Origin: Octopus vulgaris
Taxonomy: Eukaryota
Length of the DNA stretch: 64,000 bases
Reading direction: 5' to 3'
NCBI GenBank assembly: GCA_951406725.2
Contig: OX597824.1
Span: 47,740,001-47,804,000, forward strand
Positions 26,384 to 40,183 of this stretch are shown piece by piece. Below the pieces are notes generated by a model. It searched no databases. It worked only from the letters and a program-made list of their open reading frames with translations, and was not told the origin of the DNA. Position numbers and translations under genes: made by a program. The stretch's first letter is position 1; each line of letters starts with the position of its first letter.

Positions 26384-27812
26384 TCATCGTTTAACGTCCG
26401 CTTTCCATGCTGGCATGGGTTGGTCGGTTTGACTGAGAACTGGCAAGTCAGGAGGCTGCACCAGTCTCCAATCTGATCTGGCAAGGTTTCTACAGCTGGA
26501 TGCTCTTCTCAGCGCCCACCACTCCAAGAGGTTGGCGTTAGGAATAGTGGATGCTTTTTATGTGCCACTGGCACTGGCATCAGCCACGCTCAAATAGTGC
26601 TTTTACATGCCACCGGCATGGGTGCCAGTCAGGTGGCACTTGACTCAACAGGTCTTCTCAAGCACAGCATATTGCCCGACCATTGAAGGGTACTTTTAAA
26701 CAGGCCGGTTATGCGACACTGGCCACGGCTACAATCTCACTTGGTTTGCCAAGTCTTTTCACGCACAGCATATCTCCAAAGGTGCTTTATCACCTCATCT
26801 CATGTCTTACTGGGTCTACCTCTTCCACAGGTTCCCTCCGGTGTCACAACACTTCTTCACAGCTGTCCTCATCCATACACAATATATGACAATACCAGCA
26901 CAGTCGTCTCTCTTGCGCACCAAATCTGATGCTTCTTATGTCTAACTTTTCTCTCAGGGCGTGTACACGCTGTAGTGTATGCACACTGGCATTACACATC
27001 CAGCTTCATTTTTTTCAAGCCTATGCATATCCTCAGCAGTTACAGTCCATGTTTCACTACTGCTTAGCATGGCTGTTTGCACACATGCATCATACAGCCT
27101 ACCTTTCACTCTGAGTGAGAGGCCTTTGTTACCAGCAGAGGTAGGAGCTATCTGAACTTTGACCAGGCTATTCTTATTCTAACAGCTACATTCTCAGAGC
27201 ATCCACCCCCGCTACCGACTTGGTCACCTAGGTAATGGAAGCTATGAACTACTTCTAGTTTTTCCCCTGGCATGTGATAGAATCTGTTTTCTATACATCT
27301 TTGATGTTTATTGCACCTGTACATCTGCCACACACAAAAACTATCTTCCCAGTTAACCTTACTTTGATATTGCTGCGCCTCTTATGTGTCCATAGCTTAC
27401 ACTAGGTGCATATTATATAGTTTCTACCTACACCTTTTCTACAGATTGAGCAGAGCCATCTACCTGATGGGGTTTGTGATTTGTCTGCTTTCCTACTTAT
27501 TAAGACTTTGGTTTTTGCAACATTGACTCTAAGGCCCTTCGATTCTAGATGTTGCTTCCACACCTGAAACTTCTTTAGTTCTGGTAGTGACTCAGCTATT
27601 AGAGCAAGGTCATCAGTATAGAGGAGCTCCCAGGGGCATCCTGTCTTGAATTCTTCTGTTATTGCCTGGAATACTATGATGAATAAGAGGAGGTCGAGGA
27701 CTGATCCTTGGTGAACCCCTCCTTCTACTTGGAATTCTTCACTGTACTTGTTACCAAACCTCACCTTACTGATAGCATCCCTGTACATGGTTTGTACAGC
27801 TCTCACCAATCA
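26384..27812 (-). mobile_element. 5'-truncated, internally deleted RTE LINE
   Basis: VHQGSVLDLLLF...ELLYTDDL...WLCSICRKGVGRN, FHYLGDQV. 3' tail at 26384. Confidence 0.88.
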
Positions 27813-27978
27813 CACCCCTAGTTATATATGTGTGTATGTATAACAGGCTTCCTGCAGTTTCTGTCACCTAAATTTCCTCACAGGGCATTGATCAACCCTG
27901 AGCTAGAATAGCAATATTTAGCCAAGTTGGCATACTGTGGGATCAAACCTGAAACTATGTGCTTAAGAAGTAAACTTA

Positions 27979-28436
27979 TCTAAAAGCATACAAAATTAGA
28001 TTAAATATAGAAGGACCATCGAGCATCATCATTTCCAGCGTCGCCTTACTGGCACTTGTGCCGGTGGCACGTGAAAAAACATTCGAGTGAGGTCATTGCC
28101 AGTGCCGCTGGACTGGCTTCTGTGCAGGTGACATGTAAAAAATACCATTTGTAGCATGGCCGTTGCCAGTACCACCTGACTGGCCCTCGTGCTGGTGGCA
28201 CATAAAAGCACCCACTACACTCTCAGAGTGGTTGGTGTTAGGAAGGGCATCCAGCTGTAGAAACTCTGCCAGATCAGATTGGAGCCTGGTGCAGCCATCT
28301 GGTTCGCCAGTCCTCAGTCAAATCGTCCAACTCATGCTAGCATGGAAAGCAGACGCTCATCATTTGCATAAGAGTTAGCTTACTAAATATTGCGTTCACC
28401 AATCTGGGGGAAAACCAATCATATATATGTAATATT
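27979..28436 (+). repeat. Direct local duplication copy 2
   Basis: See 25253-25694. ORF translations 25421 and 28163 differ at only 3 residues. Confidence 0.88.
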
Positions 28437-28871
28437 ATCTTATATTTTTGATTTTCCTGATAGATAAGATCTGGTTTAATTTTAGTGCTCTTTCCTTGTT
28501 TTTAGTGGCCAACGTTATTCTTTATGAAATGTCTGAAGCTAGTGGTTGGGAGGTAAGCTTCTTAATCACACAGCCATTCCTGTGCCTGTTTATATATCAT
28601 CATCATCATGATCCTCTTAATGTCTTGTTGCCAACCTTCACTTGTATCCAAGCAATGAAATATTTCCCCATAACCAGAAGATTGGAAATGAATGACACTA
28701 CTTGTATGGCATTAACCACCATTTTATAACTATCATGTGATGTCAAAACAAGGAGACACAATCACACACACACAATAGATGTTAAATGATGATGATGATG
28801 ATGATATATGTGTGTTTGTGTGAATACACACACACACACACACTGAACTTCTTTCAGTTTCTGTCTAATAA

Positions 28872-29333
<462 letters not shown>

Positions 29334-29356
29334 TGAGCATACTATTTGAGCATACT

Positions 29357-29716
29357 ATAATGGGTTTATTATATAGAGCTCAGGTGCACTATAACTCATC
29401 AGAGCAGGGTAAAAGAGGGGACAGAGGGTAGCAATAAGTAAAGAAAGACTGCAATAAAAGCTAAAATTGCATGCAATAGTACACAGAATTATACACAAAA
29501 GACAAAAGTGTACAGTAAAAGAATCACAAACAGAAAAAAGGTGCATAGACACATCAGGAATAATTTTGATGAATTTCAAGAACCATAATATTTTTGAAGG
29601 ATGCAGTGTCCTGACAGAAAACAACTAACATAGGTAGTTTATTCCATGCTTTAACAATACAAGGCATTAAAAAATATTTCTGAAAGTTATGTGCTAAGCT
29701 GGGATTTTTAAAAATA
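29357..29716 (-). repeat. Copy B of the 360-bp inverted duplication
   Basis: ORF track gives an identical 89-aa translation at 23793(+) and 29624(-). Confidence 0.9.
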
Positions 29717-29926
29717 GTATGCTCATGCAAATATGAAAGAAAATGGATTTAAAATGATGATATATGTATATATATGTATATATATATATGCACAAGTAGA
29801 GACATCACTAAGGTGACTGAGGGTGCTAGTCAGCACCAGTATTGCTAGAATTAAGAGTCAGATCAACTCTTAGCAATGGGACAGCAAGCGAGACAGAACC
29901 ATATCATTGATGATTTGGGATTTATA

Positions 29927-32722
29927 TATCATCATCATCATCATCATCATTTAACGTCCGCTTTCCATGCTAGCATGGGTTGGACGGTTCGACTGGGGTC
30001 TGGGGAGCCCGAAGGCTGCACCAGGCCAGTCAGATCTGGCAGTGTTTCTACAGCTGGATGCCCTTCCTAACGCCAACCACTCCGAGAGTGTAGTGGGTGA
30101 TTTTATGTGCCACCGACACAGGTGCCAGACGAGGCTGGCGAACGGCCATGCTCAGATGGTGTTTTTTATGTGCCACCGACACAGGTGCCAGACGAGGCTG
30201 GCGAACGGCCACGCTCGGATGGTGTTTTTATGTGCCACCGACCCAGGTGCCAGACGAGGCTGGCGAACGGCCACGCTCGGATGGTGTTTTTATGTGCCAC
30301 CGACCCAGATGCCAGACAAGGCTAGCAGACGACCACGCTCGGATGGTGTTTTTTATGTGCCACCGACACAGGAGCCAGATGAGGCTGGCGATCGGCCACG
30401 ATCGGATGGTGATTGTTACGTGCCCACAGCATGGAGGCCAGTCGGTGCGGAACTGGCTACGGCCACGTTTGGATGGTACCACAAAGATACAAATTCCATT
30501 GATGTTCATCTATTTTGATTTTGTTTGATTTTTTGATTTGATTTGATTTGATTTTCACTTGCCTCAACAGGTCTTCACAAGTGTCACAAGAAGGAAGGTA
30601 TGCACAGGTGGACTTACTACGTCCCAGGTAGGGGCCACGGGTTATGGCCTGACTAGTCTTGCCGGGTCTTCTCATGCACAGCATACTTCCATAGGTCTCA
30701 GTCTCTAGTCATTTCCTTGGTGAGACCTAAAGTTCGAAGGTCGTGCTTCACCACTTCGTCCCAGGTTTTCCTGGGTCTACCTCTTCCACAGGTTCCCTCA
30801 ACTGCTAGGGTGTAGCACTTTTGCACACAACTATCTTCAGCCATTCTCGTCATATGACCATACCAGCGCAGCCGTCTCTCTTGCACACCACAACTGACGC
30901 TTCTTAGGTTCAACTTTTCTCTCAAGGTACTTACACTCTGACGATTATGAACACTGACATTACACATCCATCGGAGCATACTGGCTTCATTTCTTGCGAG
31001 CTTACACATATCCTCAGCAGTCACGGCCCATGTTTCACTACCATGTAGCATGGCTGTACGTACACATGCATCATACAGTCTGCCTTTTACTCTGAGCGAG
31101 AGGCCTTTTGTCACCAGCAGGGGTAAGAGCTCTCTAAACTTTGCCCAGGCTATTCTTACTCTAGCAGTTACACTTTCAGCACACCCACACCCACTACTGA
31201 CTTGGTCTCCTAGGTAGCGGAAGCTATCAACTACTTCTAGTTTGTCTCCCTGGAACGTGGTAGAAGTTGGTCTCTGCACGTTTCCAGAGTTTGTTTCTCC
31301 TGAGCATCTGCCACATACGAAAACTATCTTCCCAGCCTACCTTTGACATTGCTGCACCTCTTATGTGTCCATAGCTTACACTTGGTGCACCTTATAGAGT
31401 TTCTACCTACACCTTTTTTACAGATCGAGCAGGGCCATCTACCTGAAGTCGTTTGTGGTTGGTCCACCTTCCTACTAATTAGGACTTTGGTTTTGGCTAG
31501 GTTGATTCTAAGGCCCTTCGATTCTAATCCTTGTTTCCACACCTGAAACTTCTCCTCCAGTTCTGATAGTGACTCAGCAATTAGAGCAAGGTCATCAGCA
31601 TAGAGGAGCTCCCAGGGGCATCCTGTCTTGAATTCTTCCATTATTGCCTGGAGGACTATGATAAATAGGAGGGGGCTGAGGACTGAACCTTGGTGGACCC
31701 CAACCTCTACCCGGAATTCTTCACTGTACTCGTTGCCTACCCTCACCTTACTAGCAGCGTCTCTGTACATGGCACGCACAGCTCTCACTAACCATTCATC
31801 TATCCCTAGTTTCCTCATTGACCACCAGATAAGGGATCGGGGGACCCTGTCAAAGGCTTTCTCCAAGTCAACAAAAAGCCAGGTACAAGGGCTTACCTTT
31901 GGCTAGGTATTTCTCCTGCAGCTGTCTTACCAGGAATATAGCATCAGTAGTACTTTTCCCTGGCACGAACCCAAACTGCATATCATCTAAGCTTACTCTC
32001 TCTCTAATTAATTGGGCTATAACCCTCTCCGTAACCTTCATTACCTGATCCAACAGCTTGATGCCCCTGTAGTTATTTGTATCTAGGGCATCACCTTTAC
32101 CTTTGTAGCAGTTGACTATTATGCTGCTACACCAGTCATTGGGTATGACTCCTTCGTGTATCACCTGGTTAACTATACGGGTGACTATGCTATAGCCGAC
32201 ACTACCAGATATTTTGAGCATCTCTGCAGTAATTCCTGATGGGCCTGGGGCTTTCCCTGTCTTCATGCTTCTAATTGCCTTAGCTACCACGGAACTATCA
32301 ACTCGGATAGCTGGTCCCTCTGTTGGGTCAACATTCGGCAGACTCTCTTTATCCCATTCATTTTCCTCATTCAGCAACCTTTCATAGTGGCGTCTCCAAG
32401 CCTCTCTCTTTGCATCCTCATTTAGCGCAAGTGAACCGTCATCCTTGCGAACACATTTCTCTCCTACCACATCACGATTCTCTCTCACACACTGTCTTGC
32501 AACACGAAATGCCTCAAGTCTTTCATCCTCACGGCGCAGGACATTGGCAAATTTTCTCTTATCTGCTTCCCCTCTGGCTAGATAGACCTGTCTCCTAGCT
32601 TCCCTTCTGGCAGTCTGATACACTTCCCTGCTACCCTCGTTCTTCCAAGCCTTCCAAGCCTGTTTCTTTTGTCTAATAGCCCAGTCAACAATATTGTTCC
32701 ACCACCACGTTATTTTGGGTCT
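29927..32722 (-). mobile_element. Young 5'-truncated RTE LINE (RT + PHD-like finger + 3' UTR minisatellite + (GAT)n tail) in SLC35E3 intron 3
   Basis: ORFs 31868..32737, 31324..31866 and 30698..31279 are contiguous with two frameshifts; ELLYADD is intact. Confidence 0.95.
30100..30478. repeat. About 61-bp GC-rich tandem repeat (about 6 units) in the RTE 3' UTR
   Basis: TTTTATGTGCCACCGACACAGGTGCCAGACGAGGCTGGCGAACGGCCACGCTCGGATGGTG repeated head-to-tail. Confidence 0.9.
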
Positions 32723-33661
32723 TATGCACATACACACACATATATATCATTGTCATCATTTTAACGTCCACTTTTTCCATATTTTCAGGTTCAGACAGAA
32801 GTCATTGAGGTAGATTTTCTTTCAGATGCTTAGAAGACTTGCTAGAAGTGGTTGACAACATCTGCTACCTTAATGACCTAATAGTTAGGAGCTGAGTGTT
32901 GGGACAGTGTAGGAACTAGGATAATGGCATAGTGAAAAAAGTTGAGGGAGCTGTTATTTTCTGTTGGCAACAAAAGAATCCTCTCTAGAAGTGAATAGCA
33001 GATTGTATGATGTTTTATACAAAGGCTGGGAAAAAACAAGTTATGTTCTACTAGAAGAATTGGCTGTTGTGTGCAAGAGAGATAACTGCACTGATATAGA
33101 CACATGCACATGAGGGATGGCTGCAGAATTGCTGAGTAAACCAAGTAGAAAGAACTTGAGAGAGGAACAAATGTTGAAAGCTAACTTTAGATGTTGAATT
33201 TCACAAAGGCGTAAGGTACCTTGCTAGAGAAGACTGATCCAGTCCATGCAAGCATGGAAAAAAGAGGTGAAATGATAAGGATTGAGTGCTGTGTCTACTA
33301 TCTTTTATAACTAGAGCTTTCCATTAGCAAAGCATTGTACCTTTTAAGCAAAACCTGAAGCTGTTTCCTTATTCTACAAAAGAATAAATAGCAGTAAAAT
33401 AGCAGTTTTAAGTAGAAACTGAGATGCAGTTATAATCAGACAAAGATTAAAGATTGCAATGACAGGGATTCATTGCTTATGTAAATGGATTTTACCATAC
33501 TGGCTAAGACACCATTAATTGTTTTTGTAATATTGTGATATATAGGAAACAAATAATTGTTAGAACTTATATTTCTTTAAAATGTTATACAATTGTTATC
33601 ATGTGTGCACCCTTTGGTGATTAAATATATGCTTCTTTATAGATTACCATAATCTCAGTAG

Positions 33662-35378
<1,717 letters not shown>

Positions 35379-35491
35379 CTATAATATGGTGGGCCACCTG
35401 AAATTCTGTCTGATTCTTTTTGGTGCTTATCTGTTCTTTAATGAATCATTACATTTTCTTCAACTCTTGGGAATTTTAATCACTCTTTCTG
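35379..35491 (+). CDS. SLC35E3: SLC35E3 exon 5
   Basis: CAG|C-YNMVGHLKFCLILFGAYLFFNESLHFLQLLGILITLS-G|GTAAGT; 113 nt. Confidence 0.92.
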
Positions 35492-36428
35492 GTAAGTTTA
35501 GAATACTTTGTCACAATTTTTTGTTGAAAATAAATTTTTTATGGATTTTATTTGTTGCTGTATTCATACATACATGCATGTACGTATGGAGATAATAAAA
35601 AAATAACTGAAGCCAGTACAGTAACAATCTTACAGTAACAGTAAGATTGATTGTTGTCTTGTCCTAATGTGAAAAATTATTTTTATCATTAGGATGGTGG
35701 GTAGTAGAAATGGAAATGTGCTAAACTTGTGGTTTTTGTTTGAGTTCAAATCCTACTAAGGCTGACTTTGCCTTTTATCCCACTGGCTTGATGATTAAAT
35801 ACCAAATACATCAACATACATGTATATATGTAGTGTATATAAGTAATCAGCTCTGAGAAATCACCATTTTAATGTTAATGTTTAAAATGTTTGTTGTTAA
35901 CATCTCCAGATTTTCAAAACCAGACCCCATAAAGGTGGGGTGGAGTGGAATTCTGAGATTTAAAAAGCTCAACAGATGAGTGGAATTGTGTCAGTGATCA
36001 GGTCATAGATGTTTGATGAAAATTTTAACACCACAAAATTTAGCTAAAAGTGAATATGATAGTGTTTGTGAGTTATGTGGATTAAAATGGCTCTCTCAAT
36101 ATAATTGCTATCTATGAAATAGTTAAATATTTCTGCAAATTCTGATACTTTGGTATGACTTATTAGGTAGATGTTTTTAGAGCAGGATGATCTTAACCAG
36201 TAAGAGTCGAGTCAGTTTTTTAGCTTTAAAGATTGAAACAAAAAAAGTAAAGTGTCTTCTTAAAAGTACAATAAATTGACCCTTCACTAATGTGTTATTG
36301 TGGTCTGCAACCTGTGCCAATAATAAGAAATTTTAAGTGTTTTTAATTGAAAACTTGGAAAGATTGCTAACTATCGGTTTTATTACTAATGCATAGTTCT
36401 TTTAATGTAATTTCTTTCTTTCTTTCAG

Positions 36429-36535
36429 GTATTATTCTTTACACGCACATAAAGATGGCAGATCAAAAGACAAAGAATACATTACCACTACAGACAAATG
36501 TCAGTGAAAAAGACCCTAACTCTGTCATTTCATAG
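36429..36535 (+). CDS. SLC35E3: SLC35E3 exon 6 (last coding exon)
   Basis: CAG|(G)IILYTHIKMADQKTKNTLPLQTNVSEKDPNSVIS*. Spliced CDS totals 954 nt = 317 aa plus stop. Confidence 0.88.
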
Positions 36536-38454
36536 CATATTCCATCAACCCTGTACAGTAAGATTTTGTTGTGTGTACACCATTTGAATATGTTAATTGT
36601 CTCTTTGTCCAGGTTCTATTTTAGGCAGCATTCAGGAGAAACTATGGAAAAACAATCTCTTTCTCAGCTATATTTTCTAACTTTACTATTTTCTTATTAT
36701 TATTAAATAAGTCTTCAGTAGTTGTTCTTGAATAAGCCCATAGCTTGGAAGTAGTTAATCACACATAAATCCTAGTCTTGGTATGTGCTGAACATCAATG
36801 TTTGGTCAGGATTATAGTTATGACCATTTTGTCCTGTTGCACTTGAGAACTTCAGAGAATTGTCGCTAATTTTAAAAATGGTAGGATGTTTGTTGAGGAA
36901 GTATTTGCTGGCTCATTAATTTTACAGTCTTGCTAGATTATTAAAGTTACTTAATACTCTTTGCTTTTTTGACTTTTAAACCCATTAAGTTGAGACTACA
37001 CTAAGAGGTTTGGCACTTACTTATTTTATAAAAATTCTGGTATGAGAATTACATTAGCTACAAGTTCCTAATGGAACTCAATCTTGAATACCAATCTTGT
37101 TGCTTAAAGGACTGACATTGGGAGGATTTCAAAAGCAGATCATTTTCTCACTGAATTTCGACCTAGTACTTTTGGTTTCACAATCCATTCAGCTTCACCT
37201 AATTTCCTTGCTGCCCATCAGAACATTCAAACATGTCAAAGAGAGAGGAACTCAACCTCCTAGAAATAGCAACCAAATAGCAACCTCAAATTACACCCTT
37301 TTACTTAAAAAATAGGGAGGATATAGATAATTTAGTCCTAGATATCCCTAAAAACAAGATGGATACAGCTGGAATCATAGGTTTGCTTGAACAGGTCTAA
37401 CCTGGAGATAAACAGTTACAATGATGTTAAAGGCTTTTCTCAAGCATTCTTTTATGTTTTTTAAAAATCATATCACAAAAAAAAAAACCCTGTGATTATC
37501 TCCCTGAAAAATAACATCAGTGGTTCTCTTTGGTGCATGGGGTGCAATGATTGAAGTGGAGGGTGGGGACAGACAAATTGCTGATCAGAATTAAGATTGT
37601 TTTGAGCTTTTTTCAACACCTTACTAAAGAAAGAGAATTATATAGATGCAATCTATTTTGTTTTCTCATTAGATAATGGTGGTGTGGCAGGGGTGGGGGT
37701 TGGTCAAAAAAATTGATGAGGGTGGAATCTAGTTTGAGAGTCATTAACAGACAATTTCATATGCTAATGCAAATCTATTTCTTTATCCAACATCTTTCTT
37801 ATACTAAATTTATCCTGACTCTATTAGATTTATGACTTGAATTCCAATTTTGAATGAATTTTGTGCATCTTGCTTATTTTTCTAGCACTGATTGATGACA
37901 TAGTCTTTGGTCAACCTTGATTAAGCTGTGATGCTAGTCATTGAGAAAAACAGCAACTTTTAAGCACTATCTGTGTTAGTAAACAAGTAATTTTTTGCAA
38001 TACTAACCCAACTGTGTGCTTTTGATGTCTTAGTAGTTCTAAGTAAATCAAGCAGTAACAGTTGTGAGAACCACTAAAAGTGAAACACGGTTAAATGCAA
38101 AATAGGAAGTCTATGACATTCATGCATAATACATATTTGACCCATTATATATGTCTCCATTTTACACAAAGTTATTTTCAATCTTATCATAATATTTATA
38201 TTTATATTTTACTGTTAATTTTTGCATCCCCCAACCACTCAACTTATAATGAAAATTGCACCATTATGTTTTGAAAATCAGCCACATTCTCAAATTTAAA
38301 TGCTTATTTGTTGAGTTAAATTATATTATATCATGTTATATCATCTGTCCTATCATGATTTTAAAATTCAGTATTCATGGCAAAACTGTCTGATGAATGG
38401 GAATGTGAAGTGCTGAGTAACAGTTTTGTGAAGATTCTGCAGCTTTTAATAAAA

Positions 38455-38455
<1 letters not shown>

Positions 38456-38511
<56 letters not shown>
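38456..38511. repeat. (TA)n microsatellite
   Basis: Pure TA run; similar runs at 14670-14712, 21385-21420 and elsewhere. Confidence 0.95.
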
Positions 38512-38512
<1 letters not shown>

Positions 38513-38984
38513 CATTCAGAAACACTAGAATCATTGTACATTACTTTATATAAATCAGGCACTAAATTAAAAAAACATTTTTTTATTATTTATGTCTTAT
38601 TATATAGCTAACAGTAAAAATAAAAATTAAGCATTTATTATTTTCTGTTTTGTTTTTAGCCCATGAAAAACTGATATCAAAGCCCTTAAAATATCTGTGT
38701 TAACTAGTTTGCTTAGCTGGTGGAGGTAAACACAGTAATTTACAACTACATACACAAGAATATAGGAACTATTAAAAATGGCGACTTTTTCAAGGAAGTA
38801 AATTTGGTGGACTCAAACTTAAGCCTGTGATTTTTTTCAATGAGACACCTCAATTTCCACATTAAAATTAACTCTTTCTAACAATACTTTAACTAATCCA
38901 TGAAATACATTTTTATTAATCAAATACTTCCAAAAGCATTTACTCATATTAAAATATGTCAGTCCAGAAGTGGTTATATGTGAC

Positions 38985-39295
38985 GGCACATGGCTCAGTG
39001 GTTAGAGCATCAAGCTCACGATCATGAGGTAATGAGTTTGATTCCTGGACTGAGCTGTGTGTTGTGTTCTTGAGCAAGACACTTTACTCAACTGTAGAAA
39101 TGGCTTGTGATGTCACTGGTACCAAGTTGTACTGGCTTTTGACTTTCCATTGGATAACATTGGCGGTATGAGGAGGGGAGGCTGGTATGCATGGACTACA
39201 GCTGGTCTTCCATAAACAACCTTGCCCAGACTTGCACCTTGGAGGGGAACATCTAGGTGCAATCCCATGGTCATTCATAACCAAAAAGGGTCTTG
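38985..39295 (+). mobile_element. tRNA-derived SINE, second family
   Basis: TGGCTCAGTGGTTAGAGC A box, GAGTTTGATTCC B box, TGTGTTCTTGAGCAAGACACT core. Confidence 0.75.
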
Positions 39296-39775
39296 AAAGT
39301 GTAAAATAGCATGTCATGTCTATACTCTGCAGGTTTCTTTAGCATCGAGTGAGTAATCTTTCTTTAACTAAGACAATACTTGAACAAATACTATTGACAT
39401 GGTAATTGTGAATTCAATAACCCTAAGAGATAGTTGGAATTTTCCTTTTTATTTATTTTTTTGAGTTAGACTAGGAAGGAGGGGCAGGGCCTGTTATCTT
39501 TATCTTTATAGGCCCTCCCAGACAAATGAGACTGATGCAGCTGATTTTCAGTTTGAACATCTGCAAGAAAAATGTGGATGAGTAAAGAATTCCTGAAAGG
39601 AAAATTGCAAAGCATTTTGTGTGGTATTCAGGTGAAAAGGGTTTCGTGGTATGTAGAGCTCATAGAACCCATGCCTCACAAAAGTTTTCATATCAGAATT
39701 CAAACTCAACACAGCAAGCTAGTGAAGAACACATCCATTTTACTGTGTTCCCATAGCTCTATGCGGTACATTGTA

Positions 39776-40183
39776 TACTCTTTTCTCTTTTACTTGTTTC
39801 AGTCATTTGACTGCGGCCATGCTGGTGCACCGCCTTTAGTCGAGCAAATCGACCCCAGGACTTATTCTTTGTAAGCCCAGTACTTATTCTATCGGTCTCT
39901 TTTGCCGAACCGCTAAGTGACGGGGACGTAAACACACCAGCATCGGTTGTCAAGCAATGCTAGGGGGACAAACACAGACACACAAACACATATACACACA
40001 CATATATATATATATACATATATACGACAGGCTTCTTTCAGTTTCCGTCTACCAAATCCACTCACAAGGCATTGGTCGGCCCGGGGCTATAGCAGAAGAC
40101 ACTTGCCCAAGATGCCACGCAGTGGGACTGAACCCGGAACCATGTGGTTGGTTAGCAAGCTACTTACCACACAGCCACTCCTG
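39776..40183 (-). mobile_element. Intact tRNA-derived SINE (best-preserved copy), with an older copy at 40385-40725
   Basis: Reverse complement starts CAGGAGTGGCTGTGTGGTAAGTAGCTTGCT...GGGTTCAGTCCC. Confidence 0.9.

Noticed and set aside
30100-30478. CRISPR-like array
   Set aside because: Units are head-to-tail with no unique spacers, there are no cas genes, and the array lies in a LINE 3' UTR in a eukaryotic genome.
39776-40183. Possible tRNA genes at A/B-box sites
   Set aside because: The heads continue into multi-copy SINE bodies and I could not build a full cloverleaf.
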